64,000 nucleotides of DNA, from IMG/VR virus record IMGVR_UViG_3300046733_000629, one strand, 5' to 3'. This document shows, one piece after another, positions 38,034 through 48,401 of the stretch. This DNA is from a virus (taxonomy: Duplodnaviria > Caudoviricetes). Numbering within the stretch: position 1 is the stretch's first letter; each line of letters begins with the position of its first letter. Under the pieces are notes generated by a model. It was not told the origin of the DNA. It searched no databases and saw only the letters and a program-made list of their open reading frames with translations. The position numbers were made by a program, and so were the translations under genes.

Positions 38034-39063
38034 ACACGGAGTAACAATAGGTCCTGTCGGAAACGTCAGACCTTGTTGTATGTACATGAATCAAGATTTA
38101 GACAAGCGTTATAATGACGAAGGCTGGCGAGAAGAGTTTGACCAACTATATGAAGAAAGTCTTACTAAATGGTTGCCCAATTGTTACGAGTGTAAAGCAG
38201 AAGAAGACAGAGGCGAAAATAGTTTACGTATGGATGCTAACAGATGGTTTGAAGGCACAGAAGGAATTCAGTATTGGGATTTAAAATTGCATAACACATG
38301 CAATTTAACTTGTGTTATGTGCAATCCTGTTAGCAGTAGTAAGTGGCAAACACTAGTAAACAATAACCCTGAAGAAGAATGGCTTGGTGTTGTTAAAAAA
38401 GAAGCACAAATGAAAACTGGTTGGCATAAAGATATATTGCCACTAATGATGGAACAACTTTATGATACAAAATATTTAAAATTTACAGGTGGCGAACCAT
38501 TAATGATTCCACATGTAAGAAAGATTATTAAAAAATTATATGACGAGGAAGTATCACCAGCGGTGCGTCTAAGTATTATTACTAATGGAACAATTCCATT
38601 AGATGCTGAAATGCTTAAAATGCTATTAACATTTAAGCGTGTACTGTTTATTGTAAGTGTTGACGGACTAGGCGAGAGATTTGAATATATCAGACAAGGA
38701 TCAAATTGGCAAGAAGTTGAAAAGAATCTTCAACAGTTTAAAAAAATTGAAACAATGCACAACAACTTTGGATTGAAAATTAACTTCCTTCCAATGGCAG
38801 TTAATGCTGCTCAGCATGATGAGGCAGAACAATGGGCTAAGAAGAATAAATATGAATTTAGTCATAGTGTTGAAATATATAGACCAAAGTATTTGACATA
38901 TGCTAGTTTAAATGCTAAACTAAGAGATAGATATAATATAACTTCGCATTACGAATATGACGAAGAACAATACCAACAGCTATTAAAACATATGGCTATA
39001 AAAGATAAGTTATCAGGCACTAACTTTAAGAGTGCTTGTCCGGAGTTTTTTGAAGATGAGTAA
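38011..39063 (+). CDS. Radical SAM protein with N-terminal twitch-type domain
   Basis: KCLM..VRPCC..CYEC; CNLTCVMC; FTGGEP. Confidence 0.92.
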   Translation: MPKCLMFKHGVTIGPVGNVRPCCMYMNQDLDKRYNDEGWREEFDQLYEESLTKWLPNCYECKAEEDRGENSLRMDANRWFEGTEGIQYWDLKLHNTCNLTCVMCNPVSSSKWQTLVNNNPEEEWLGVVKKEAQMKTGWHKDILPLMMEQLYDTKYLKFTGGEPLMIPHVRKIIKKLYDEEVSPAVRLSIITNGTIPLDAEMLKMLLTFKRVLFIVSVDGLGERFEYIRQGSNWQEVEKNLQQFKKIETMHNNFGLKINFLPMAVNAAQHDEAEQWAKKNKYEFSHSVEIYRPKYLTYASLNAKLRDRYNITSHYEYDEEQYQQLLKHMAIKDKLSGTNFKSACPEFFEDE

Positions 39064-40273
39064 AAAATTACCAAGTGATACATTTTGTGTATTACCATTC
39101 ATGCATGCCGCGGTTAATCCTGGCGGCGGGTTTCGTGTTTGTTGTAACAGTAATCCTGCTAACAATAAAGTACTAAAGGATGATGGAAGTGGCAAAGCGT
39201 ATAGAATATTTAAAGATGATATCAACGATGCATGGAATAGTAAATGGTATAAAAATATTCGTAAGCAGTTTATTAACGGAGAACGTCCTGAAACATGTCA
39301 AAGATGTTTCCGTGAAGAAGATGCAGGCATAAGAAGTCCACGTACAGGATATAATGAAAAATGGTATAAAGATGATGTTAATGTAGCTGAAGAAATACCA
39401 TTGGATATACGTTATGTAGATTTGCGTTTAGGTAATTTATGTAATTTAAAATGTAGAATGTGTAATCCATGGAGTAGTAGTATGTGGGTTAAAGACTGGA
39501 ACAAAGTAACAGGACTTGCAGAACTTACACCAAACGATCCATTAAGTGATGAAGAACTAGATTATATGGAAGTTATGAAAGTATGGCCTGATCGTAAACA
39601 AACAGGATTAAACTTTGTAGAGATTGCAGGAACTATTGAAGAAATTTATTTAACAGGCGGTGAACCTACGTTAGCAACAAGTCAATATGCATTATTTGAT
39701 TATTGTATTGAAAACGATTTAGCAAGTGGTATTAAATTAAAGTATAACACAAACTTAACAAATATACCACAAAAGATGATTGACTATTGGAGTCACTTCA
39801 AAGGTGTACAACTTAATACAAGTATTGACGCAACAGGTGACAGAGATAGATATGTTAGATATCCAAGTAGTTGGCCAAAAATAGAACAAACATTTGACAA
39901 GCTGTTAGCATTACCAAATGTAGCAATTCAGGTACATTGTACAGTACAAGTATTAAATATGTGTGCTATGAGTGAATTGTTTGATTGGACTAGAAGTAAA
40001 GGCATACCTGACAAAGACATATATTTAAATATTCTTAATCATCCAGAAATGTACAACATTCGTACATTACCTAAAGAATTAAAACAACTAGCAGAACAGC
40101 GTTTACAACCATATTTAGACATACCAAAAGTAGCAGATACAATTAAGTATATGTGGGCTGAGGATTGGCACGAAAAACGTTGGAAGGAATTTGTTGATTT
40201 TAATATGAAAACAGATGAATTACAAAAAGGTGACTTACTAACAGTAGCCCCAGAATTTAAGAATTTTGTTTAG
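39056..40273 (+). CDS. Radical SAM protein with N-terminal twitch-type domain
   Basis: FCVLPF..FRVCC..CQRC; CNLKCRMC; LTGGEP; close paralog of 16553..17977 (KLPSDTFC). Confidence 0.92.
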   Translation: MSKKLPSDTFCVLPFMHAAVNPGGGFRVCCNSNPANNKVLKDDGSGKAYRIFKDDINDAWNSKWYKNIRKQFINGERPETCQRCFREEDAGIRSPRTGYNEKWYKDDVNVAEEIPLDIRYVDLRLGNLCNLKCRMCNPWSSSMWVKDWNKVTGLAELTPNDPLSDEELDYMEVMKVWPDRKQTGLNFVEIAGTIEEIYLTGGEPTLATSQYALFDYCIENDLASGIKLKYNTNLTNIPQKMIDYWSHFKGVQLNTSIDATGDRDRYVRYPSSWPKIEQTFDKLLALPNVAIQVHCTVQVLNMCAMSELFDWTRSKGIPDKDIYLNILNHPEMYNIRTLPKELKQLAEQRLQPYLDIPKVADTIKYMWAEDWHEKRWKEFVDFNMKTDELQKGDLLTVAPEFKNFV

Positions 40274-40306
40274 CCATAAATAGTGCTATAACAAGGAGAC
40301 AATACA

Positions 40307-40972
40307 ATGGATAAATGGAGTGATATAATTTCTGCGAGAAGTACAACCTTTAGTTGGACTGATGAATTAATACCAAAAGAAGTAATACAAGAAGTATGTG
40401 AGGAAGTACATTTATTTTGCCCTAGTAAAAATAGAAAGATACCTTACATTGTAAACGTAATTAGAAATACAGATTACGATCAGCGTAAAGCCCTACACAC
40501 AGGCTGTCATAGAAATACTGATCGTACTATAGAAGAAGACGGTGGTAACCCACAAGTGCTTGCTCCAACATTATTGGTGTTTAGTAAGCGTGACGTAACT
40601 GAAGCTGAAACAAAGTTTCAAACTATAGAAAAAAGAGTTGAAGATGGCATTGCTAATACAGATAACATTGAAATTGGTATGGCAGCATTATCATTCTTAT
40701 ACGGCTTAACATCAAGAGGATGGGATACAGGTTTGTGTCAGTGTGTTAGAAGTCGTAGTGGAACAGCAAGATTACTTGGAACCAACGGCTCTACTGATTT
40801 AATTATTGGTGTAGGTAAACGTAACACAGTAGATTCAGAAACAGGTGAAACAACAACTTGGCCTAAGTATATGGATCCACGTAACGATAAGCATCGTAAA
40901 ATTCCATACCCATATGGAATTAGTCCTTATCCTAAACCAAACTTTGACGATATATATAAAATAGAATTTTAA
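40307..40972 (+). CDS. Nitroreductase-family flavoprotein
   Basis: IISARSTTFSW..E.IPKE, CPSKN, GWDTGLCQC, IIGVG; ATAAATA 40276-40282 and GGAG RBS. Confidence 0.7.
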   Translation: MDKWSDIISARSTTFSWTDELIPKEVIQEVCEEVHLFCPSKNRKIPYIVNVIRNTDYDQRKALHTGCHRNTDRTIEEDGGNPQVLAPTLLVFSKRDVTEAETKFQTIEKRVEDGIANTDNIEIGMAALSFLYGLTSRGWDTGLCQCVRSRSGTARLLGTNGSTDLIIGVGKRNTVDSETGETTTWPKYMDPRNDKHRKIPYPYGISPYPKPNFDDIYKIEF

Positions 40973-40985
40973 GTAAGTGAGATAA

Positions 40986-41549
40986 ATGAAAATAATCGCA
41001 ACCGGTAATCCAGAATTTGGTGTTGCAAAAGCAATTGCTGAACGGTTTCCTGAAACAACCTTTGTCAATAGAACTGACTGGGGATATGATTTATGTCAAG
41101 ATTCATATAAAAAGAAACTAGCAGAAAAGGCTCTTAATTATGACGTCTTTATTAACTGTTCCGCACTATGGCAGTATCATCAAACTATGCTACTAGATGT
41201 AGTCTACAAAAATGCTTTAAAGAACCTTAAACGACTACATATCGTGTCTTTGGGTAGTACAACTGACAGAGCCACCAAAGGTAGCGACTGGCATTATCAA
41301 CAAGAAAAGAAGGCATTGCGTAGTACAAGCAATGCATTGGGCTTAAAAAGCATATGGGCTGGTGGACCAAAAGTAAGTTATGTTACATTTGGAACACTGG
41401 AAAATAATGCACATAAGCATCCAGGAAGAACAGTAATGAAACTAAACGAAGCCGTAGATATGATAGAATATGTAATTAATATGCCTTATCATTTAAACGT
41501 TAACGAACTAAGCATTGACCCAATGCAAACGGATTGGCCAAATGAATAA
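40986..41549 (+). CDS. Short-chain dehydrogenase/reductase-like protein
   Basis: IIATGNPEFGVAKA, DVFINCS, YQQEK (YxxxK), KVSYVTFG. Confidence 0.7.
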   Translation: MKIIATGNPEFGVAKAIAERFPETTFVNRTDWGYDLCQDSYKKKLAEKALNYDVFINCSALWQYHQTMLLDVVYKNALKNLKRLHIVSLGSTTDRATKGSDWHYQQEKKALRSTSNALGLKSIWAGGPKVSYVTFGTLENNAHKHPGRTVMKLNEAVDMIEYVINMPYHLNVNELSIDPMQTDWPNE

Positions 41550-42717
41550 ATTTTGCTACATGCCTTGGCATGCAATCACGTTGAGTGCAAATGGTGATAT
41601 TAAGCCATGCTGTCAATTTAGTAATAAAGGTCGTTTACCTAATACACAACATGAAACTATTATGGAAAACTTTAATAGTGAACGTATGCAAGAACTACGT
41701 AAAGACTTTCTAAAAGGTGTACAACCTAGTGCTTGCAATAGTTGTTGGGAGAGAGAAGATTTAGTAGGACAAAGTAGACGCCTGTGGTTTAATAAAAAGT
41801 TTATGAAGTTTGATGCTGATTTTATAAATGGCAATACACCTGATACATATGATGTACCAAATCCAAAGTTCTATCAAGCAGATATTAACTTATCAAATGT
41901 GTGTAATTTAAAATGCCGTATGTGTGGAAGTTGGGCAAGTAACAGTTGGTTCGAAGAAGAAATAGCGTTAGCTAAAATAGACAAGCGTTATGAAAAGAAT
42001 GAAAGAGCAGTTCCATTACAACAATATGGATTAGAAGACTTACGCAATATGCTACCTCATTTAAAAGATGTAAAGCGTATAGACTTTAAAGGCGGAGAGC
42101 CTATGATGGCTAAACATCATAATCAATTCTTACAATGGTTGATTGATGAAGATATGACTAACATTGAATTATTTTACACAACAAACGGAACAGTACAAAA
42201 TCCTAAAATACTGAACTTGTTAAAACAGTTTAAACGTGTTAGTATATGTTTTAGTATAGAAGGTACTGGAGAACTATATAGATATATTAGAGGTGGCAAA
42301 TACGAACTAGAAGATTTTGAATTCACACTATCAGAATATGATAAGTTACCAAATGTACAAATTATGTTTAATGTAACATTACAAAATTATAATGTATTTA
42401 ACTTACCAGACTTGCATTTTTTCTTGCATGAAATGGAAGATAAATACGAGAGAGTAAGTGCTAACAGTAGTTTCACTACTATCTGTAACAAACCAGCATA
42501 TTTAAGTCCAATGAACTTGCCAGATGATTTACGAGATAAAGCAATTAAAAACTTATCCTTGTTTGAAGATTTTGACAAGTTAGTTGAGAGTATGAAAGCT
42601 AGAACATTTAATCCTGAACTATGGGATACATTTATTAACTTTACAAACGACTTAGATAAAATGCGAGGAGATAGTGTAGTTAAAGCTGTACCTCAACTAA
42701 AGGAATATTTTAAATGA
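41542..42717 (+). CDS. Radical SAM protein with N-terminal twitch-type domain
   Basis: FCYMPW..IKPCC..CNSC; CNLKCRMC; FKGGEP. Confidence 0.92.
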   Translation: MNKFCYMPWHAITLSANGDIKPCCQFSNKGRLPNTQHETIMENFNSERMQELRKDFLKGVQPSACNSCWEREDLVGQSRRLWFNKKFMKFDADFINGNTPDTYDVPNPKFYQADINLSNVCNLKCRMCGSWASNSWFEEEIALAKIDKRYEKNERAVPLQQYGLEDLRNMLPHLKDVKRIDFKGGEPMMAKHHNQFLQWLIDEDMTNIELFYTTNGTVQNPKILNLLKQFKRVSICFSIEGTGELYRYIRGGKYELEDFEFTLSEYDKLPNVQIMFNVTLQNYNVFNLPDLHFFLHEMEDKYERVSANSSFTTICNKPAYLSPMNLPDDLRDKAIKNLSLFEDFDKLVESMKARTFNPELWDTFINFTNDLDKMRGDSVVKAVPQLKEYFK

Positions 42718-43436
42718 GAAAACTTGTAGGTATTGAAGATAATCATGCACCTAAGGATGAGTTACTACGAGTAGAATGGAATTTAGGAAAACGTTGTAAT
42801 TACAATTGTAGTTACTGTGGTAACGAACTACATAATAAAACAAGCGAGCATATGCCTTGGGAAGTTTATACTAATACAATAGATAAAATTGTAGAAGCAG
42901 CAATGGGCAAAAAGATTAAAATTAGTTTTACAGGCGGTGAGCCATTTGTACATCCAAAGTTTATTGATATGTTAAAGTATGCTAAAGAAAATGGTGTATA
43001 TAGATGTAGTGTTACAACAAACGGAAGTCCACCACCTAAGATATATAAGAAAGCATTGCCATATTTACATTATGTTGTAATCAGTTATCATTTTGAATTT
43101 GCATATCATGAGAAAGTTATTAATAACATTACAGGTATGTGGAAAGAGATACAAGAATATAGAGCTAAAGATGATTACAAAGGCATGCATGTTCATATTA
43201 TGGCTTTACCAGGACACTTGCCACAATGGAAAGAAATCATAGACGAATTAAAAGAATGTGGAGTTGAGTATACTATAAGAAAAATTAGACCACGTGTTAA
43301 CATGGATCGTACAGGTTGGAATAAACCATATGCTGACGGTATGTTAGGGCAACATCCTAAACACGAAGAAACAGAAAAGTTTGCAGGACAATATTATAGT
43401 AATGAAGAAGAGGAGTGGTTAAAAGTAAATGCCTGA
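42714..43436 (+). CDS. Radical SAM core domain (N-half of a split rSAM-SPASM)
   Basis: WNLGKRCNYNCSYC; SFTGGEP; paralog of the N-terminal part of 48391..49566. Confidence 0.9.
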   Translation: MRKLVGIEDNHAPKDELLRVEWNLGKRCNYNCSYCGNELHNKTSEHMPWEVYTNTIDKIVEAAMGKKIKISFTGGEPFVHPKFIDMLKYAKENGVYRCSVTTNGSPPPKIYKKALPYLHYVVISYHFEFAYHEKVINNITGMWKEIQEYRAKDDYKGMHVHIMALPGHLPQWKEIIDELKECGVEYTIRKIRPRVNMDRTGWNKPYADGMLGQHPKHEETEKFAGQYYSNEEEEWLKVNA

Positions 43437-44736
43437 TACTAATTATCATAGAGACATATACACCAGAAAACGAAAAGTTAAAGAATGGATGGCTGAACCT
43501 GGAAATAATTTTTGTGCATTGCCGTTTATTCATATGGCAATTGAAGCAGATGGGCAGGTAAGACCTTGTTGTATGGGAGATCCTTTTGACAATATTAATG
43601 TTTCAGGCGGTACAATAGAGAGTGCATATAATCACCCTGAAAGACAAGAATTTGTACAAGCATTTAAAGACAACAAACAACATCCAAAGTGTAATGTATG
43701 TTGGAATGCATCATATAGTATACGTAGTAGATATTCATCAAATGACATGTCTATAAAATTTACTGAATCAGTAATGGAAGGCAATACCCCAGAAGCATCA
43801 TTAAAATGGTTAGAAATTAAACCCGGAAACAGATGTAATTTAAAATGTAGAATATGTGGGATACACAATAGCAGTACATGGACAAAAGATCATCATATTC
43901 TAAAAGAACACAAGAGCGTAAAATTTAAAGATTCATTTGCATTTAAATATACACAAAAATGTAATTGGGTCGATGATCCTAACTTCTGGAATGATATAAA
44001 TCAGTTAGATGAAATACAAGATTTACACTTTATGGGTGGTGAACCTTTTATGGTATTAGAGCATTTTCAGTTACTTGAGAAATTAGTAGCTAGTCGAGAT
44101 TGTAGTGATATCACTATTAGATATAATACAAATGGTACTTATTATCCAACAGCAGAACAATGGAAATTGTATGAGAATTTTAGACAAGTAAAATTTCAAG
44201 TAAGTATTGATGATGTTGGTCCAAGATTTGAGTACGCTCGTAAAGAAGCAAAGTGGGATCTAGTAAAAGAAAATCTAAGAAAGTTTAGAGAAGCAAAACT
44301 ATTATGCGAAGTTAAAGCAAAAAATGATCCCATCAATTATCCAGTAACAAAAGTTAGAGCAAATTTAGACCCAACAGTAAGTATGTTTAATATATTTTAC
44401 TTAGATGTTATTGAAGAAGAATTTAATAACATGGGTTGGCCTTTGGGAAGTCATGCAGATCATTATGTCTATAATGGACCAAATAATATAAGAAACTTGC
44501 CAGATGAATATAAACATATAATAACTGAAAAATATAAAGACACTAAAAGTACTTGGATACCAATGGCAGTAGATTATATGTGGACAGCCAAAAGTGATTA
44601 TGAACAGTGGATGATGTTTGTAAAACAGACTAAAGAAACAGACACAGTAAGAAATGAAAGTTTTAGTGATGTATATCCTGAATTTTATAATCTTATAAAA
44701 AGTGAATATGATAGGTATGAACCAATAGATGAATAA
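43429..44736 (+). CDS. Radical SAM protein with N-terminal twitch-type domain
   Basis: FCALPF..VRPCC..CNVC; CNLKCRIC; FMGGEP. Confidence 0.92.
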   Translation: MPDTNYHRDIYTRKRKVKEWMAEPGNNFCALPFIHMAIEADGQVRPCCMGDPFDNINVSGGTIESAYNHPERQEFVQAFKDNKQHPKCNVCWNASYSIRSRYSSNDMSIKFTESVMEGNTPEASLKWLEIKPGNRCNLKCRICGIHNSSTWTKDHHILKEHKSVKFKDSFAFKYTQKCNWVDDPNFWNDINQLDEIQDLHFMGGEPFMVLEHFQLLEKLVASRDCSDITIRYNTNGTYYPTAEQWKLYENFRQVKFQVSIDDVGPRFEYARKEAKWDLVKENLRKFREAKLLCEVKAKNDPINYPVTKVRANLDPTVSMFNIFYLDVIEEEFNNMGWPLGSHADHYVYNGPNNIRNLPDEYKHIITEKYKDTKSTWIPMAVDYMWTAKSDYEQWMMFVKQTKETDTVRNESFSDVYPEFYNLIKSEYDRYEPIDE

Positions 44737-45094
44737 TTTTAAAAATATAATAACACATTACAGTGATGGTACAAGTGAAGAAGATAATGTAAATAATGTA
44801 ATGGCACGAGATGAAAATGATTTCCGTGGTTGGGAATGTTGGGCTGGTGTACAAAATATTACAATAAGCAATACAGGTGATGTGTATAGAGCAATATGCA
44901 AAGTAGGAGGCAAACTAGGAAACATATATGATGGATTTGAAATGCCACTTGAAACAATTATTTGTAACAAGCCTAGATGTATATGTGCCGCTGATGTACA
45001 ACTATCAAAAGCACAACCAGAGCATGTTACAAAATTAAGAGTAGGAAAAGATTGGATGGACGATGTTTATAGTTCGGGTATAAAAGATGAGTAA
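44729..45094 (+). CDS. Stand-alone SPASM-type domain (C-half of the split rSAM)
   Basis: FRGWECWAG..GDVYRAIC..LGNI..CNKPRCICAAD matches the C-terminus of 48391..49566. Confidence 0.82.
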   Translation: MNNFKNIITHYSDGTSEEDNVNNVMARDENDFRGWECWAGVQNITISNTGDVYRAICKVGGKLGNIYDGFEMPLETIICNKPRCICAADVQLSKAQPEHVTKLRVGKDWMDDVYSSGIKDE

Positions 45095-46394
45095 ACAAAG
45101 CAATTATGAAAAGTTCTACGAGAACGCTATAGGAAAAATTGGCAAACTGCCAGTGGATAAAGAATCATTTTGTCCATTGCCATTTGTACATGTAAGCACT
45201 ATGCCGCATGGAGAAGTTAAACTATGTTGTAGAGCACAACCACCAAAGAATGGAAAAAATCCAAATGTTAAAGATGAAGATTTTAATCTAAAAGATTATT
45301 GGCACAGTGAGTATATGAATGAGATACGAGATTCCTTAATCACAGGTGAGAAACATCATCAGTGTAAAAATTGTTGGAAGATGGAAGATAATAACATTGT
45401 TAGTTTACGTATGAATAGATTAACAGATTTAATGGAAACTCCATCAACCAGAAATGCAGTTGAAAAATATTTAGTAGATAGAGAAGTAGATTTTAAAATT
45501 CCACTGATAGAACTTAAACTAAGCAACGTATGTAATTTTAAATGTCGTATGTGTTGGCCAAAAGACAGTTCAAAGTGGATGCAAGATTGGGATAAAGTAA
45601 AACAATTCTATAATAAAAATGACAGAGAATATGTAGATGAAATTGTAGACAGTAATGATTTACGTAAATCTAGAGTAATGAACTTGTATGAAAAAGATGA
45701 ACATTTTGTTCCACAATTATTAGAAGTAATGGAAACTGTAGAAGAGATTGAATTTGCAGGCGGTGAGCCACTTATGGATCCTATTCATTATCGTGTATTA
45801 GACAGTATTCCACATCCAGAAAACGTTACATTAAAATACAGTACAAACCTAAGTATTATGAAAATGGGTAAACATAGTGTTATTGACTTATGGAAAAAAT
45901 TTAAAAGCATTAAACTAACAATCAGTATTGATGGACACAAAGAGCTTAATGCTAAAATAAGAAGAGGGTCTGATTGGGAACTATTAAAAAGTAACATTAA
46001 CTTAGTTAAGAAAGAATTAACTAATATTGATGTTATCAAAGGAACTACATGTATTAGCGGAATGAATGCAAAAGAACTAGGCGAAACAGCTGAAGCTATT
46101 GTATTCGAATTAGGTATACACTGGCATACAAGCCGTGTACAATGGCCTGATTTCTTACATGCTAACGTATTACGCCCAACGGAGCTTCAAGGTGGAATAG
46201 ACGGCTTAAAACGGGTATTTGATAGCTTAAACCTACCAGAAAGACGTATGGTAGGTAGACGCTTTATGTTTGAAACACATTTAAATGGTGCTATGCATTG
46301 GCTACAATCTTGTATTGACAATAACAAGCACGAAGAAAAATACGAAGCATTTTGTAAGTTTAATCAGACAATTACGGACATTGATGATGACTAA
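45087..46394 (+). CDS. Radical SAM protein with N-terminal twitch-type domain
   Basis: FCPLPF..VKLCC..CKNC; CNFKCRMC; FAGGEP. Confidence 0.92.
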   Translation: MSKQSNYEKFYENAIGKIGKLPVDKESFCPLPFVHVSTMPHGEVKLCCRAQPPKNGKNPNVKDEDFNLKDYWHSEYMNEIRDSLITGEKHHQCKNCWKMEDNNIVSLRMNRLTDLMETPSTRNAVEKYLVDREVDFKIPLIELKLSNVCNFKCRMCWPKDSSKWMQDWDKVKQFYNKNDREYVDEIVDSNDLRKSRVMNLYEKDEHFVPQLLEVMETVEEIEFAGGEPLMDPIHYRVLDSIPHPENVTLKYSTNLSIMKMGKHSVIDLWKKFKSIKLTISIDGHKELNAKIRRGSDWELLKSNINLVKKELTNIDVIKGTTCISGMNAKELGETAEAIVFELGIHWHTSRVQWPDFLHANVLRPTELQGGIDGLKRVFDSLNLPERRMVGRRFMFETHLNGAMHWLQSCIDNNKHEEKYEAFCKFNQTITDIDDD

Positions 46395-47433
46395 GAAGTT
46401 AGCAATATTTGGTAATAGCTTTGGAACGCAACTCGCAGACCCTGCAAAAAGAGTATGGGAGTTAATGCCAAGCAAAGAGAGAAAAATAGAATTTAGAAAA
46501 GCATGGTATAATGAAATGCCTAGCTGGATTAGAATGCTTAAAAATGAATATGATGTAGTGCATACATTTGCTGTTGGCAATACAGGTATAGATTATAGTT
46601 ACTTACAATTTTTAAGATATCACAATGAGTATGATACTGTAATATTCATAACAACACGAGCATGGACTCATTCACATATACAATATGGTAATCAAGTAGA
46701 GGAATGGCGAGGCGAAGCTTCTATACATGATATTGATTTTATAAGACCCGAATGGATGTTAGATGAAAGACCAATTAATTGTTACAAAAAGTTCGCTGAA
46801 AAAATACTTAAATCAAATAATAAACCAACTGGTCCTGAAATGCCTATATATGATGAAGATGCAATAAACTTAATGAAAGTATATGTTGACTACGGTACAC
46901 ATGTTGTTCCCAAATTTCCATTTAGAGATCTGTTACAATGGGCATCAATGATTGATAATATAATTAGAACTAGACCAGATGTTAAAATGATAAACACTAG
47001 TCCAGAAGAGTTTAATGATCTTGGAATTAAAATACCAATTGGAAAAATACAAACTTTACATAGAATGGAAAATGATATTTTACTAGGCAAACATGCAGAG
47101 TATGAATTTAGAAAAGCTCAGGGTTTACCGTTAGATGAAGATGGGAAACTTGTTGCTGGATTAGATGATGCATTGCAACAGATGCCTGTTTTAAAATTGT
47201 ACAGTGATGCTAGAGTAGGACACTTATCAACAGAAGCACATAGGTTAATATATGCTGAAGTAAAAGATTTATTAGCATCCAACAATACTTGGTTAGATTT
47301 TGATTTAGATGCTATGGTTAAAAAACTTATGGAAATGAATTTAGATAAAAAGAGATATTTTGTTGCAGAACACAAAGACATTAAATCATGGGCTAAATAT
47401 AATAACTTATGGATTGATGAGGAAGTAAAATGA
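46387..47433 (+). CDS. SGNH/GDSL-like hydrolase or acyltransferase
   Basis: Block I IFGNSF; AVGNTG; C-terminal DARVGHLSTEAH (DxxxxH variant). Confidence 0.6.
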   Translation: MTKKLAIFGNSFGTQLADPAKRVWELMPSKERKIEFRKAWYNEMPSWIRMLKNEYDVVHTFAVGNTGIDYSYLQFLRYHNEYDTVIFITTRAWTHSHIQYGNQVEEWRGEASIHDIDFIRPEWMLDERPINCYKKFAEKILKSNNKPTGPEMPIYDEDAINLMKVYVDYGTHVVPKFPFRDLLQWASMIDNIIRTRPDVKMINTSPEEFNDLGIKIPIGKIQTLHRMENDILLGKHAEYEFRKAQGLPLDEDGKLVAGLDDALQQMPVLKLYSDARVGHLSTEAHRLIYAEVKDLLASNNTWLDFDLDAMVKKLMEMNLDKKRYFVAEHKDIKSWAKYNNLWIDEEVK

Positions 47434-48401
47434 GTATAGGAATTTTTGGCGATAGTTTTGCAAGGTGTAAAGTTCCATTAATGCATCCTTTAGACCCAAG
47501 TAATATTAAAACAGTAATACATACAAATGATGAATATATTAACTTCCAACAAAAAGTAGAAGCACTGATGCCAACTTGGGCTAAGTTATTACCAGATACT
47601 ACAAATTTTGCAGCAGGCGGTACAGATTTATCTTGGAGTTTTTTAAAGTTTTTAGAACACCATGAAAAGTATGATAACATTATTTTTGTAGTTACATCGC
47701 CAAAAAGAATAACACTAAATGCTCCTCATATGTATGTGCCAAGTGACAGAGGAAGTAAATTTGGAGTAAATTTGATAACATCAGTAAGTGCTAATCAATC
47801 ACTTCTTAAAAAAGAAAAGTTTTGTAATTCTGTAAATGAAGAACATCTATATGTACGTGATGCTTACGATGCAATTAACAAATGGCAGACTCATATTCAA
47901 CCAGAGTTTCCTGAAAGAGATTTCTTACATTACGGAATATTAATTAATGAGTTGCAACGTATAAGACCAGATATTAAATTAATAAAAGCATTTTGTCACC
48001 CTACAGCAGATGATGAATGGAAGATGAAAGATTTTGGCAAAAAAAATTACTATCCATACAAGCATTTTGATAATATTCCACTTGACAATAAAGCTGAATA
48101 CCTGCATAATATAGTAAAAGTTGAAGATTCTAATTATTTTGAAGAACAAATAGCACAACCTAATAAATGGCATGATTGCAGATCAGGACATATAAGTATT
48201 ACTTCGCATGTAATATTATATAAAATAATAACAAAGTGGTTAAAAACTAATGATACATGGCTTAACTTTGATATAGAAGAATTTAAAAATAATAAAGTAG
48301 ATGCAAATGATAGCTTTATGGATAAAAGTAAATCGTTACCAGAATGGCAAGATGCATTCCTACAAAGACGTATTAATGATGGAAAAATAAATGGAAGATA
48401 A
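47430..48401 (+). CDS. SGNH/GDSL-like hydrolase or acyltransferase
   Basis: IFGDSF; AAGGTDL; DCRSGHISITSH; paralog of the previous gene. Confidence 0.65.
   Translation: MSIGIFGDSFARCKVPLMHPLDPSNIKTVIHTNDEYINFQQKVEALMPTWAKLLPDTTNFAAGGTDLSWSFLKFLEHHEKYDNIIFVVTSPKRITLNAPHMYVPSDRGSKFGVNLITSVSANQSLLKKEKFCNSVNEEHLYVRDAYDAINKWQTHIQPEFPERDFLHYGILINELQRIRPDIKLIKAFCHPTADDEWKMKDFGKKNYYPYKHFDNIPLDNKAEYLHNIVKVEDSNYFEEQIAQPNKWHDCRSGHISITSHVILYKIITKWLKTNDTWLNFDIEEFKNNKVDANDSFMDKSKSLPEWQDAFLQRRINDGKINGR

Noticed and set aside
42714-45094. Intein, intron or homing endonuclease as the cause of the split rSAM
   Set aside because: The intervening ORF is a complete radical SAM protein, with no LAGLIDADG/HNH/GIY-YIG or intein splice motifs; both halves have their own start and stop.
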